From Bugula neritina (taxonomy: Eukaryota > Animalia > Bryozoa), in the NCBI GenBank assembly GCA_964035545.1, contig OZ037768.1, positions 23,221,319-23,285,318 on the forward strand: a stretch of DNA of 64,000 nt. Direction: 5' to 3'. The notes under the pieces were generated by a model, which saw nothing but the letters and a program-made list of their open reading frames with translations, did not search any database and was not told the DNA's origin. Numbering within the stretch: the first letter of the stretch is position 1; each line of letters starts with the position of its first letter. This document shows, piece by piece, positions 13,801-27,509 of the stretch. A program made the translations under genes and the position numbers.

Positions 13801-16800
13801 CACATGGTTTGTACAAGGGTGTTGTATGCTTGTTCAACCCTGTGTTTTACTTACCTTTACTTACTTCTACTTACATCTAGTTTTCCCTGCTATACTTTAG
13901 TTCCAACAGCTTACGTTATCTGTTAGTTGCAATGAGTTCTAGTGTTTCGTGTGGGTGTGGCATCTCATTTTACTAGTTATTGCTTTAGTGTTGGCTGTTA
14001 TGGGTTCGTGTTACTATTTAACACTATAGTAGTTGTAACATTATTATGTGAGCTGGTAATTATTGCTCTTTTGCTGGCAATTTTTTATGTTTGGTGTGCA
14101 TTATAACTGGTTTAAGATGTAATTATGATCTACTTGGGAAATGAGTGCATTGCTATGCAGTACATGCAGCTTCTACTAGCATATAGCACAGACTCTGTAT
14201 AGTATATACTGTGCAGTATATAGTATAGTCTGACGTATATAGTATAGTCTGACGTATATAACGTTACAGGTGGAGGTTGTTCTACTATTTCTCCATTCTC
14301 ATATACGGTATAGTAGTATTGTGGGACAAGCCCTGGTTTACCAACCCTAGACGATGTTGGATGGACAACTTCCCACGTCAAGTCAGTTTGAAATACGCAT
14401 ACTGCTATACTTGTATATTTTAGACATCTACCATAACGTATTATGTATTATATGTAATACAGTATATTCTGTATTACAGCATGTCACTGATGGTATTTTC
14501 TGGTACTATATGATTGAGCTGGGATTCTATCTGTGCCTCATCTTTTCTCAGTTTAGAGATGTTAAAAGAAAAGTAAGTAGAACTGTAGCTCTCAGTTAAG
14601 TGAAACTAAATATTTAGTAAAGTGAAACTAAATATTTAGTAAAGTGAAACTAAATATTCAGTAAAGTGAAACTAAATACTCAGTAAAGTGAAACTAAATA
14701 TTCAGTAAAGTGAAACTAAATATTCAGTAAAGTGAAACTAAATATTCAGTAAAGTGAAACTAAATATTCAGTAAAGTGAAACTAAATATTCAGTAAAGTG
14801 AAACTAAATTATCTGTGTAAGACCTGCTATAGAAAAGGGATGGAACAGTGTAATATTATCTCAAGAATCACTGCTCTGCTGCTTATCTTTGTGTGGGAAG
14901 GTCACATGTCCACTCTGTGTACCTTGACCCTTAGACTTCTGTGCTAACAGCTCAGCAACATGTGGACTTTATTACTTAGCATACTAAAACACACTTCAAT
15001 ATTCAGCCTCGGTGGTGTGAATTCATCCCAATATATTGAGCTCTCTATGAGTTTTACTTATAGACTCTAGGGCTATTTGAGTCAAGAAAGAGGATTGGCT
15101 AACATTATTTGGGTCACTACTAAAATTGTTTTTGATCAACTTAAGTTAAATCTGTCGAGTTAATTTTTCTGTTGGTGTTTTGTTACTACACTGTAACAAT
15201 AACAATGTCATCCCGTGGAGAAACTTTTCCTTCATATAGTTTTTTATTCGAATATAAATAATATAAACTAGCAAAAAATATAAAATACTACAAATTTGCA
15301 TTTAAACTTAAATTGGCCCAAGATGTTGAAAATTGCTGGCTGTACATTAGCAAAGAACTCCTAAATACTTTTTAAGTTTGCCTATCAAATGAGTAGTTTT
15401 TCAACAGAGTGTGTTTTGCACGTTCTCTAAATTGACTGAGTAAAGAAGCGGTTGATTCAGAAGCTCAGAATTCACACAAGCAAAAAGCTTTCTTTCCAAA
15501 ACTCACTAGCAACGAGCTTTACTGTCACCGAAAATGTTAATTCCACACAAACATTTTAGCAAACAAAGATTGTTAGTGTAAAAAAACAATGTGTTCATCT
15601 GATTCTTAGTGGACAGGCCCTGACATGTTATTAATTTTCTGGCTAGCATCAGATTTTAATTTTGGAGTCATCTTCTTCCAAACATTGTGTAGAGGACAAC
15701 TTCTAAACTAATTGCCAATATATCGTACCTTATTCATATGAAACCAATAGCACATATTTCTGTAAAAATTACCTGTTTACTACCAGTATCTTATGTTGAG
15801 TATCATATAACCATTGTATCTATCTGAATCGTAATGTAAACAATGTATGTTGCCATGGTTACAGGATTTCTGGGAGCATTTCACTCATCACCTAGCAACC
15901 ATATTTCTCATGCTATTCTCCTGGTTATGTAATGTGGTTAGAGCTGGATCTCTCATACTCTGCCTGCACGACGTAGTCGACTGGACACTAGAGGGCGCTA
16001 AACTCAACAGATATATGAACAAAACGTTCCTGTGTGATATCCTGTTTGCCATGTTTACAGTGGGCTGGTTCATCACCAGACTTATAATCTACCCGTACTA
16101 GTGAGTAGCAAGTTTACTAGTAAGAACTTAGGCTATTTAGATAGTGTGTGGGGGTATGCAGGCTGGTGATGTAGTTCATAGCAATGTGAAGTGTGCTGTA
16201 ATTTAGAATTATCTTCTCTTGGTTAATGACAGTCAAGTGTACACAACTCTAGCAGTTTCATAATTCTACCTTTCATTTACTATCTGTTGAATGTATTGTA
16301 ATAATGTTTGACTATTTAATATATTGTAGAAAAATTACACTTATAATAGTATATAATAATGATGCTATATAATACTTTGCATAATATACTATATATTATG
16401 ATAATGTACTATATAGTGTATACTATAATAATATATATATAAATTACTATATAATATACTATACTATACTAATGCTATAGGAAAGTATTCAGCTACCATA
16501 TAATTTGGTAAAAGTTGATTTATTATAGTTACTGCTAGCTTATTTACTGCATAGCATGATCTGTTGTGTTATTCTGTAATATTATATTACCACATATCTA
16601 TATTATATGTTATATTACCACACATCTATATTATATTTATTCAGTATAATCTACTCTACGAGCATAGAGTCTGCTGAAATACTTGGCTATGCTCACTCCA
16701 TAGCCCTGTTCAATGCTCTACTCTGCACCTTGCAAGTGCTGCACGTCATATGGTTCGGCATCATTGCTAAGGCAGCGTACAAGGCTGTCGTAGTGGGAGA

Positions 16801-18758
16801 GGTACGTCAGTATTACACATTTTGTATATATTGTTGCTGTGAAACCCTGTTTATATCCTTCAACTATCAGATGAAAAATAGTTGAAACCCCATAAAAAAA
16901 CCCTCCCACCCACCCCCACCCTCCTTATTTGAACAGAAATATGAAATAGTTTCCTTCTTTTATGCCTGAAACAGGTTTATATTATGGCCCTATATTTACT
17001 CCCATTAAATCATGATATATTATGAAGATATGTTGTAATATAGTAAGTGTTATATGATGTATAATATTATCATATAATATATGATATAATATATAATAAT
17101 ATAATGATATTTTATGTAATATATATCCCTCACTATATTATATCATATTATTATGTAATATGATGATGCAACAGTAGCTGCAGGTAAAGATGGTGACTTC
17201 ATTTCATAGTTTCCTCTTACAAATAGACAGACTTTACTCTTCATCAGTGGCCTGAGTAGTTCTTATTATGTAATAATTATGGCATTCCAAGGGTCATGAA
17301 ATGAAATCAATGACAATGGAAGACAATTATTAATTCAGCGCAATATCATGTATTGAGTAGAAAGATTGTATCTTATACTGAATGGCTGGCATATAATATT
17401 AATATAGCACCCAACTTAGGTGGCAGTTGTCTCTATAGTACCTACTTATGTGGTGTTATAAACCTAGGGGGTGCCTATAACACCACCTAAGTGAATTTTC
17501 TCAGAAATATTCTAAATGGTTTCCTAAGTGTGTAAAACATGTTTTCAACATGTTTTTTACAAGTAGGTTTATTTTTGACATGAAAATTTATCCCCCTCTT
17601 TCGTTGCTTTTAATAACCAACTCACTTTAGGTGGCAGCGCCACGTATGTTAGCCTATATTAAATTTGGAAGTTATATATATATATATATATAATATTATT
17701 ATGTGCAAGCAATGTAGTCGCATTTGAACTACCTAAGGGTACCAAAAATAGCTTTTAATTCAACTGAAATATCCCAACTTGCTCTAAAAATTAAAAGGCA
17801 TCATTTTTGTAAACGTGACATGTTAGATAGATGCAACATTATTTTTAATTTTTTCACTGATTGAGGATCTGATATGTTTAAACTTTGAACTACATTTTCT
17901 AATACCGCCTCATGAATGCAAATGATTTATCTATTTGATATGCCAAATATTATAGTAGTTACCAATCGCTTGGAAATGTGGATGCATCCATGCAGCGTAA
18001 AACTATCATATTTGAGTAGCAGTGGAGATATTGATGCGGGTCGTATGAATAGCAAACATCAGTGCATTGATAATCATTATACAGCTAATTGTTTTATTTG
18101 TCACTTATATTTAACTCCTTTTAAAAACTTATTCCAGGAAATGAGTTATATGTATTGTAATTCCTTAAAAATCATTTGATGAACGTTTTAATCCGGTTGG
18201 CAACACAATTAGAGTTGATGATATAACAACTGGTGTAAGTGATGTATAGAATAATGTTGTCCGCTATCTTCCATGTGGAGCAGCATGTAAACTGTAGGTG
18301 GGGGGGAGGGGGGGTGAACTCTGTGTGGTGTTTACAAATCATTCTTTTGTTTGCAACTTTTTGATTAAAAATGTTTTGATTTCCAAAACACTTATTGTTG
18401 GTGAACTTTTCCAATACTTTCAGCTTCTTGTCAACTATTAACTAATGGCAGATAATTAAACGGTCAACACATAAATTTGTGTTGTGTTAAACAACTCCAT
18501 GTGTAGTTATCTTCACAAATGATCGAATATTTGCATTCTTTCACAAATGTGTTTTGCTTTACCTTTGTTTTGTGATGCCACATCTGGTCAGCCATGTTGT
18601 TTTGTGATGTCACATCTGGTCAGCCATGTTGTTTTGTGATGTCACAGGTGGAAAGAGATATCAGAAGTTGCAGTGAGGAGTCGGACGTATCAGTTGATGA
18701 AGGTAAAGGTAAACACCAGCATAAGAATGGCAACTCAAATGGCATTCAACACAATTGA
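10801..18758 (+). CDS. CERS: Ceramide synthase (Hox-like + TLC/Lag1 domain, CERS2-6/schlank type), ~385 aa
   Basis: Exons 10801-11018, 11950-12073, 13242-13348, 14270-14381, 14480-14572, 15865-16100, 16645-16801, 18648-18758, all GT-AG and in frame. Motifs: FWLPENITWKD, homeodomain-like RQIERWFRKRRNKDRP, Lag1 motif RKDFWEHFTHH..LHDVVD..EGAK, C-terminal DIRSCSEE. Confidence 0.95.
12340..12540. repeat. ~18-bp minisatellite (CTCTCACAGTTGTACT-like) in CERS intron 2
   Basis: About 10 visible degenerate tandem copies. Confidence 0.85.
12942..13240. repeat. 11/22-bp minisatellite (GTATACTGTAGTGTGTACTGTA) running into the CERS exon 3 acceptor
   Basis: Tandem copies that degenerate into ...ACACATTGTAG, the acceptor ending at 13241. 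Confidence 0.85.
14596..14808. repeat. 22-bp minisatellite (AGTAAAGTGAAACTAAATATTC) x ~10
   Basis: Near-perfect tandem copies starting ~25 nt after the CERS exon 5 donor. Confidence 0.95.
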
Positions 18759-20223
18759 CTGACTGATGGCAGCACGAAGCCAACTGAGGGTAAACATAGT
18801 GTGACTACATGGTGAAAACTATAGAGCAACCCTCACAGTGCATTCTCTATTCAAAGTATGAATCTAATCACAGTTTCTATATATTACACTCATTTCCATG
18901 TATATGTTGCCCGTTATTCAACACATATTTATTATTTTAATAATTGGTTTATTAATACGAGCAGTTTGCTAGCTGTAATTATTGCTAATATTTTGTCTAC
19001 AATATTGTGTTTATTTTGGATTGTTTCTGCTACAGACAGCTGTTTGTTACTCTAGCGTTTTATATGCTGATACAAGAATATCCACTCTCTACTATCATAT
19101 ATTAGTCAGCATTTACAGTGTATCTGTTCTCATTAATGTTCTATTTGATTATTAAGATAATTATTATTTTAATGCTCATTAAATGAAGTAATAGATTCAC
19201 GCAGGTGCCAGTAGGGTTTAGTCCTGATGGAATTTATTGATTTTGCAGTAAAAGTTACTAAAAATATTATATTATTGTTTTTGAGCATCTGAATTTGTAT
19301 CCTACAATTTCCAAATCATTTTTCTTCATGAAATTTTATGCAAATTGTCTTTACTTGTTATTTTAGATTTGGTTTTCAGGGTTTCAGCATTGTTATACTT
19401 TATTTCTCCGCCAGTCATTGTATCAGCAATAATAAAATCTTTCTCTATCACAATATTCTGTCCTACACAAGTCAGTCTGTAAAATCACCATTTCTTCGTA
19501 CAATTCTGTTGAGCTGTTATAGCTCACTGTCTCAAGGAATCATTATATATCGGAGAAAAGGCAACTCTGTTGATATATTATGACTAATAAGCATACATGT
19601 TACATTCAGTCGCATACTGTGAAAAGACAGTTAGTTATCCTAGTTATTTTCTTTCAACGTTATTTTTCCTCAGCTAATCACATGGAAGTGCTAATTATTT
19701 TTTCCAAAAATGTTTATTTAAAAAATAATTATTCAGATATACAACACGTATGATATGGGAGATCTAACAGTTAGAATAAAACCATGACAATAGAGTTGAC
19801 ATAAATGCCTTACAAAACGTTCATTCACATAGATTAATGCATGATTTTTCTCAGAACTGGTTTTCAGTGCAGAATTCAACTGACTGGCATAGTATAACAC
19901 AGCAGCTGTAGTAGGATCATAGAATCAGTAAATAGGGGACTGTTAAAGGCAGACTGTTTGGGCCATACACACTCCCTGTTTTAATGAAGCTGCCATATAT
20001 TTTAGGTCAGTGTCACTAGAATGTAGTTAATATAATTTGACCTTGGAGGTCACCATGTGGGAGTAAAGCTTACTCATGCGTAACACAAAAACAAAATAGT
20101 ACATAAATATAAACAAAATCTATCCTTAACAATAGCTTAACAAATATTTTCAACTCGCTACTGAAAACTTGCTCCGGCCGTGGTGCTGCCGCTAGACGGT
20201 GAGAGTAGAGTCAGCGTTTTGTC

Positions 20224-22695
20224 TCAATATTTGTTGATGTTAAATAAGCGCACCTGGTGGAGTTGTGGCAACTTGGGTACGAGGACGAACCCTAGAGTGA
20301 CGACGTTGATGAGGAAATGGACTGTATCGTACATTGTGTATATCCCAGTTAGAATAAATCTACAGAAATATATGAATATAATATATAATCATATCTAAGG
20401 AGCTACGAGGTGACAGTCATGTGACTCTCCCTACAGGCTTAGCTACACATGACTGACCTCTTCTAGTGTCAGTTTCATATTTCAACTTGGACATTCAGCT
20501 ATAAAACAAAAGCTTTTAATACACCTGATCAGCCAGCGCCTTCTCCTATAATTTTTTAACATTTAGCCAAAAATCTAAATGATTTCTTCCTGAATCTACA
20601 GGCTAAAGGTAATGTGACACTCTCAATGTAAGTTTACTTTGAGAAATGAAATTCTGAGAAAAGGGAAAATTATTACTTTTTGCAAAAAAGTGTACACTAT
20701 GAATCAGAGATGATTCAGTGGATTAAACAAATTCCCCAATAAGGAAAAATCACAAAAGCTGATGGTATTACACTATTATGGCGGGTCATAAATTGTAGTG
20801 AAGACGCAATAAACAAAATGGAAAAATCCCGACTTTAGCACCAAAGGAAGTTGACAAAACAGTAATTATTACTCAAACTTTACCAGGTAATCAGTAATCA
20901 TTATAGGAGACAAAGTCAGATATTTCTCATCATAGAACTTCTAAGAATATAATCATGTATATCTATTTTGGTAGAAACTTTCCTAAACTGTTCCTTGAAC
21001 ACAGATGGTGGCGCAACAACCTCCATTCTACTCCACACCCAAATTAATTGACCATCTTTCACTATTTTTATATCAAATAATAATTTAACTGAACTGTACT
21101 GAACAACAATTTAATAAAACGCTTGGTTGCGTTCATATAAATGTAAAATACAGAAGTTGGAATAAACCAATAACTTATTGGTGAAAAATTTTAAAACTGA
21201 ATGACTTAGAAATAAAATACCCTATCCTCTACGCACATTTAGTAACAATTGGATGTGGTTAACTTACAGTACAACTGGTACGACTGTTAGGAACTTTTTG
21301 GTGCCAGTAAACTGTTTGCCGTAATCTAGTTGCTCCCACTGAGTTAGCATTCTTGCTTCCCCCTGGTCATTAGTCTGCCATGGTGTTCCCTTTACTATGT
21401 GCAGCAGCACAAACATTCCCTGTTAGCATGACACACTACATTAGCTGGGATAGACACAAAACCAGTGACGGTGTTGATGAGAAAGAGAAGACTAGAGTGG
21501 TATGGACATGTATGTATGGGGGGGGGGGGGGAGACAAAGAGAATAAGCAACGTCAGTGTTGAAAGCAAGAGAAAGAGAGGAAGACCAAAACATTAGTGGG
21601 TGGATACCATAAAATTAAATATGAAAAAGTAGAAGCAGACTAGCAAGGACATAAGTGATAGAGTTAGATGGAAATCATTGATTGAGTTGGCTATGCAGAA
21701 CCCCTTTATCTGAAAGGACTAAAATGGGTACGGTAAGAATAGACTGTAGCTCAAATAAGAAGAAAAATTAAATACACACTTTAAAAAGCATTTAAGTAAT
21801 TAGTAAATAAAAAACTCTAATCCGCACTATACTATATACATCTGATCTAAACTATACTACATGTATATACTATATCTATACTATACTATAAACTTCTAAT
21901 AACAGTATCATCATAATATTAAAATTTAGTTGGACAAACCCTAAACGCTGGGTATTTCATCAACATCTCATGGAAAGCTGGACCTATTCAAATAATTTCC
22001 TCTATTGGAAAGTTAGCAACATTGCCAATGAGTAAACACAATGTTTACAAAGAGTTTACACTCCATTGACTCAGCGCATATCTGTTAGATAGCCTACTGG
22101 GTATTTCAGATATTCAGATAGTACAAACTGCAAACATAACACTTCTTAATAACACACAAGAAATATGAATAGAACAAGCAATAAACGATCAATAAAAATA
22201 GTTGGTAAATCCCTTTTCCAAAATATTTAAACTGAAGCCTAGGACTGCTATGGATACATGGAAAGCATTTCTTATCCATGGAAACGCTTGGAATGTACAG
22301 CAAGCTGTCAGGTGACTTTTACAACCAGTAGTACTCATCTCTCACGCACTCGATTATCAAGACTGAGATTGATAAAACTTAGCTATAAACATTGTGAATG
22401 ACAAGACAGTATATACTGCCTTGTCATTCACAGTGTTTAATGTTTATAGCTAATGTTTAAAGCTTAGCTATAAACATTGTGGATGACAAAACAGTATATA
22501 CTGTCAGAGTTCTAGACTCACGATGTTGTGGATGACATTAGTGAGAGTCCAGGCCATGGCAACGCTGATGAAAGGAACACTCATTATAATCCAGTGCAGC
22601 AGCGCAACTAGAAGTGTGTAGAAAATCCACATTCCTTTACTGTTCAGATATGAGTGGGTGGGGTTGTTTTCACTACTAGCTGTTCCAACATTCAT
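20224..22695 (-). CDS. ORMDL: ORM1-like protein (ORMDL), regulator of serine palmitoyltransferase, 153 aa
   Basis: Exons 22695-22522, 21419-21268, 20359-20224. [23 protein letters not shown]...[10 protein letters not shown]|..[63 protein letters not shown] is a canonical ORMDL sequence. Confidence 0.97.
22379..22505. repeat. 75-bp hairpin plus a direct copy of its left arm in ORMDL intron
   Basis: TTAGCTATAAACATTGTGAATGACAAGACAGTATATACTGCCTTGTCATTCACA..TGTTTATAGCTAA (22379-22453); left arm repeated at 22464-22505. Confidence 0.85.
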
Positions 22696-25441
22696 CTTTA
22701 TTTGTAACTAAAAGTTATATTAATTTATTGCATTTAATAATTAGACATGTTTAATATGCCCGTTATAAACTGGCACCTTAAGTTGGCAGCTATAGAAAAA
22801 ATTGATGTCTTCTAACAAAGATATAGTAGTTATAATAATAGAAATATTATATCTAATATAACAAAAGTAGTAAAACAACACAAAGTTATGCTATTATGTT
22901 TGATATAATATAAATAATAAAATTAAATCCACTTATGCAAACATAATGATGGTGAATTGGTTGCATGGCTTTAGGGAGCACTTGGTTGATGTGTCACATG
23001 GTTTGGGATACAAATATGAGTAGTACTAAATACTAGTTACTAACTACTAGCTGCTAGGTATTAGTACTACAACTAACTAATATACCATATAACAATAATA
23101 CCAGTAGGCTACTTATATTACTAGTATTATTCAAAGCACTGAAGCTAATGCCAATAATAATAATGGCAACAATAACATTATTAAAATAATATTTATTGTC
23201 TTATTAGTGATATCAATATTTTAGCAATACCAATAGCATTTATAGCAACGTTAATGTTAATTATAGTTTTATATATATTATTCACAACGGCTATTTATAA
23301 AAAGTATAATAAAATAAATATTATCAATCAATAATATAGATATATGTAACTAAAATGTTATTAGAATAATGCTAACATATTAGATTTTTACATGTACAAT
23401 ATATAAGCAAAACATCTAGAATACAAATTACACTGTTAGCAATTTCAGTTAAAAAATTTTTGCCAAAAAATTAGTAAAATAGAAATTACTTTGTGGTAGT
23501 AACTAGTTTGAATAATATGGAGCTTGTATATGGACAGACTTTCAACTATCTGCCAGGATTGTGTTATACAAGCAAAGCCAGTTGAACTAATATTTTTTGA
23601 AACTTAAAGAGTAAATTTTATCACATATTTGGATGAACTGGTATGTATGTATGTATGTTGCAAGAACAATAATAAACTATTGGAAAAATCTCAGCTCAGT
23701 AAGTTATTTTAGCTGTAGTAGTTTGTAGTTATAAAGTGCCCAATATGGTGTGGTGGAACTCTTAGTAAGCTTGCTATTTAGTATATTTTGCTCTTTGAGT
23801 TGGCTCACATCACATCACTGAATGAGTGCAGTAAAGGGTTTTATTTTATAATTTTTAAAATAAAATATCTCCTTCTGGCTTTATTGCCATCACAATTTGC
23901 ATTAAATATACAAGTTGAATTCCATAAAAAATTATAGAAACATCTTAGTACAGCAGCATTACTATAAAATTGCTGTGAAATCAGTTTTTTATTAATCAAG
24001 CGAAACTGTCATCACTTTATCATTGCGGTAAGGTGGCTATAAGAATTAGTACAATAATTCATATAAATTACAGCTTGGTTAGTGCTACTGTTACAAACAA
24101 TTATATATTATAGCAACTTTTGTGAGAAGTATATTCCTTATTATCACCATGTAATTGTTCGTGCTAAATTGTACTGATTAGGATCATTACAGAGTATAGA
24201 CCAATAACTATTATTAATTGTAATACTAATAGTAAATGGCACCAACTTTTAAATATATTCCTTTTAAAATTGATAAGTTATATCAACTTGGAAAATATAA
24301 ATTTTTATTTAATACTAATTTAACTTTATGAGTTTTTAGGCAGTTGAATCATTATTGTTTATGTTGATGTAAAACCGAACTAAACATTTGGTAATCAATT
24401 TACAATTAATATAATAATTATAATTTCAATTTAGATATAAATATCAAATTCAATATAATTTAAATTATAATATCAATACTAATATTTATATTATTTATAG
24501 TAATATTATAAAACATAACAGTATTACTATTATGAATCATGTTTAGTACTAGTATTAGAATTACTGATTAGTAATGCAGTAGATATCCGTATAACTATAA
24601 CTGTAGGCATCAGCATTACTATAGCTATTAGTATTAGTCTTACTTACTATTAGTACTACTATTACTACTCTCAGTGTTATTGTTATAAGTTAAAGCTATA
24701 ACTATAACTTAAACAATCACAGTTACACTTACTATTAATATTACTACTAGTATTAGCAACACTAATAATTAGTAATTAATATTACTATTAGTAATAGTAC
24801 TAATAGTAATAGTAATAGTATTTTTATTGCATTCACTGTTTAGTTTTACGATTAGTATTAGATTTAATGCTTAAAGTTAATACTTGAACCTTTGAAGTTT
24901 TAGTTATTTCGTTTATTTCAATAAGTAATAACTCTTAGAATTATATTCATATTGACGATCACAGTTATTATTATTAGGTATCAAATTCAATACGATAATC
25001 ATAATGATAATGAAAGTCTATTTTAATTTTAATTTCAACTACAAAGACTTAGACTAGAATTAGTCATAATAGACACAGTTACACTTATTATTAGTGTTGG
25101 ACTTAGTGTTACTGTTAGTGAGTTACATTTTGACTTCGTTTTAGAGTTAGTCTTACACTTACTGTCAGTGTTAGTGTTAGACTTAGAGTTAGTGAGTTAC
25201 AGTTTCAGTTTGAGTTACTGTAACTGTTACAGTGTTAGTGTTAGTGTTACATCAATTTTAAAAAGACTATAATTCTAATCATGTAGGAAATCAGACAATT
25301 CATATTCATATTGCATTGATATTACTATTATTTTGAAAAGTTAGTAAGTTATAAAAACTAGTACAATTAAGGTTCACTTCTAGTTGTCAACTTGTAGTTG
25401 GCCTTTGTAAGAACAAGTCAACATCCAACACCACCAACTAA

Positions 25442-25448
25442 CCGGAAG
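25442..25448. promoter_or_regulatory. ETS/GABP-type motif CCGGAAG in the putative ORMDL promoter
   Basis: CCGGAAG upstream of the inferred ORMDL 5'-UTR intron (acceptor just before the ATG, ~22708). Promoter role is inferred. Confidence 0.4.
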
Positions 25449-27359
25449 CGACCTGGGCTTAACAGCGATTAAGCTATCTCCTTATGTTCTATATAAAAAT
25501 AATGCTAATTAGACGCACAATTAACTCCCAGGCTAGTCGAATACTTTTCTTGGGAGATGTGAACCATAAGCAACAAAAGTTGTCTACTCGATCTAGCGAG
25601 ATGTAAAATAATATTCGTGCACAAGTAGCATCTGTGTGAAATTTGAATAATAGCATTATACATTAATTCAATTTTATAAACTTTGTTTAATTTTCAGCAC
25701 TTGAAACTGTTCATGCTCATATTCATTGTGATGTGAAATTATATTAATTGAGTTTGTTAATCAAAAGTTAATCTACTGCCTGCATGATTTGCTTATTGCA
25801 AAAGATGATGAAATTTAAAAGCAACATACCCCGTATTTGCTGTAATGGTAGTTTCAAAAAGTTGCTAATCAGTGAGCTTTTCGGCAGCATGCTGCAGTGT
25901 CGGTCGTTTTTACTTAATAATACCATGAATCTTTATTATATATGACTATTGTATATTGTAATGTTATAGCTTATCATTGCTATATTTGACAATTAATAAA
26001 ATCCCAGTTATTACACAAGACTTTTCAAACCAGGCAAGTGGTTATCATCTAACATTTCTTTATTATTATCTCTCTGTCTGAGGCAGAAGTCTGTCGCACT
26101 ATTGCGTGATGCTTTGAAACAATCCAAATGATTGTCAAATTGATTGCAAAATCTCTTCACCACGATACTGGTTATTCACACTCTATATGGACTTGATTGG
26201 CTTTACAGAGAAAAAGATATTATACCATAAATTTCGAAATGGAGGCATCCATTGCAAAATAAAGTGATTGTTATGTTAGCAGACGGCCTGAAGTTTAAAA
26301 CAGCTATTTTTAACTTAATTTGTCATACAACTAACAGAACAATCTGGAATACACCAGAATATTATGGAAAGTGTAAAACTTACACCATAACAAATCATCT
26401 TTTCTCTCTTTATGCAACTTTGAGCATAAGGCACGAAGAACTTATATTACCTGATAAATAATTAATTTGATTGATTGATTTATTACATATCACAGACATG
26501 ATAACATATAGCAGAATTATAATATAACATGTTAATTATGTTAGGAACAGCATTTCTTAACATTTGAAGAATCTCACACACTGCACCGTTACTTAGAGTT
26601 ATTTTATTTATAAGCTTAAAAAAAACAAATATTTTACAGGTAATTATGCAGTACATTATATTTGTGTAATACACCAAAGGTTTTGCAAAATTGTATACTG
26701 AATATACACTGCATATGCACTAGATGGCAGAAATGCTACTAAAGCAAGTATATATCAGAAAAATAGCCCATACTTTGCAGTTTTGTAGTTGGTCCACGGG
26801 CTAAACTATTCTTGATCCTGTTTTACTGACCTAATTAGATTGACCCAAATATTATATCAAGGGCTGCTTCAAACACATACCTTTAATATACGTACCTGCA
26901 GTAATATAGCAATAATGATTGTAAAAATATATTCCAAAAAACTATTTCATCTTTGTATAAATACCCGCATATACAATACCTAACTCACATTCATAAGTTC
27001 TTATATACTGACTAACATATATAAGAGCAGTTGCCAAGGAAAGGTAAAAAAAGGTGGTGAATAATTATATAGTACACAAAACCGTGTTTATTTGTTACGA
27101 GTTCTTTGGAGTTCAGCTCTTTGGTGTTAGAAGTAAGTATTTATATCAGCAGCCATCAAAATATTATACCAGCATTTGCATGTGATATGGGCAATGACTC
27201 ATGGAAAGAGAACACAAATAGCCTAAGAACTATATAAGATACATGAACAAAGGGAAGTAAAGCAACAGGTCTCCAGCCTAAATGAATGCATAAGTGTAAG
27301 CAAGGATGATGAGGCTATTATTGATTTGGATTCCAAAATAATCCAGTGAAAAGAGGGTT

Positions 27360-27400
27360 GGGGAGTTCCCCAAACGAGTATATATAAACTTGGAAGTTCC
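27360..27400 (+). promoter_or_regulatory. kappaB-like site, TATA box and a second kappaB-like site
   Basis: GGGGAGTTCCCC (27360-27371) fits GGGRNWYYCC; TATATAAA at 27381-27388; TGGAAGTTCC at 27391-27400; ~110-150 nt upstream of the ATG at 27510. Confidence 0.5.
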
Positions 27401-27509
27401 TTATGTACTCATTATTCTTTCAACCATAGACTGATACACATCGCAGCTTGGGGTTGAATAAATATATGTCTAATATCATATATGTTATAACTTTACTAAA
27501 TCCTACGCA

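Noticed and set aside
17400-17660. Repeated TTAGGTGGCAG / CACCACCTAAG motifs in CERS intron 7
   Set aside because: Possibly a repeat fragment, but boundaries and TSD could not be defined.
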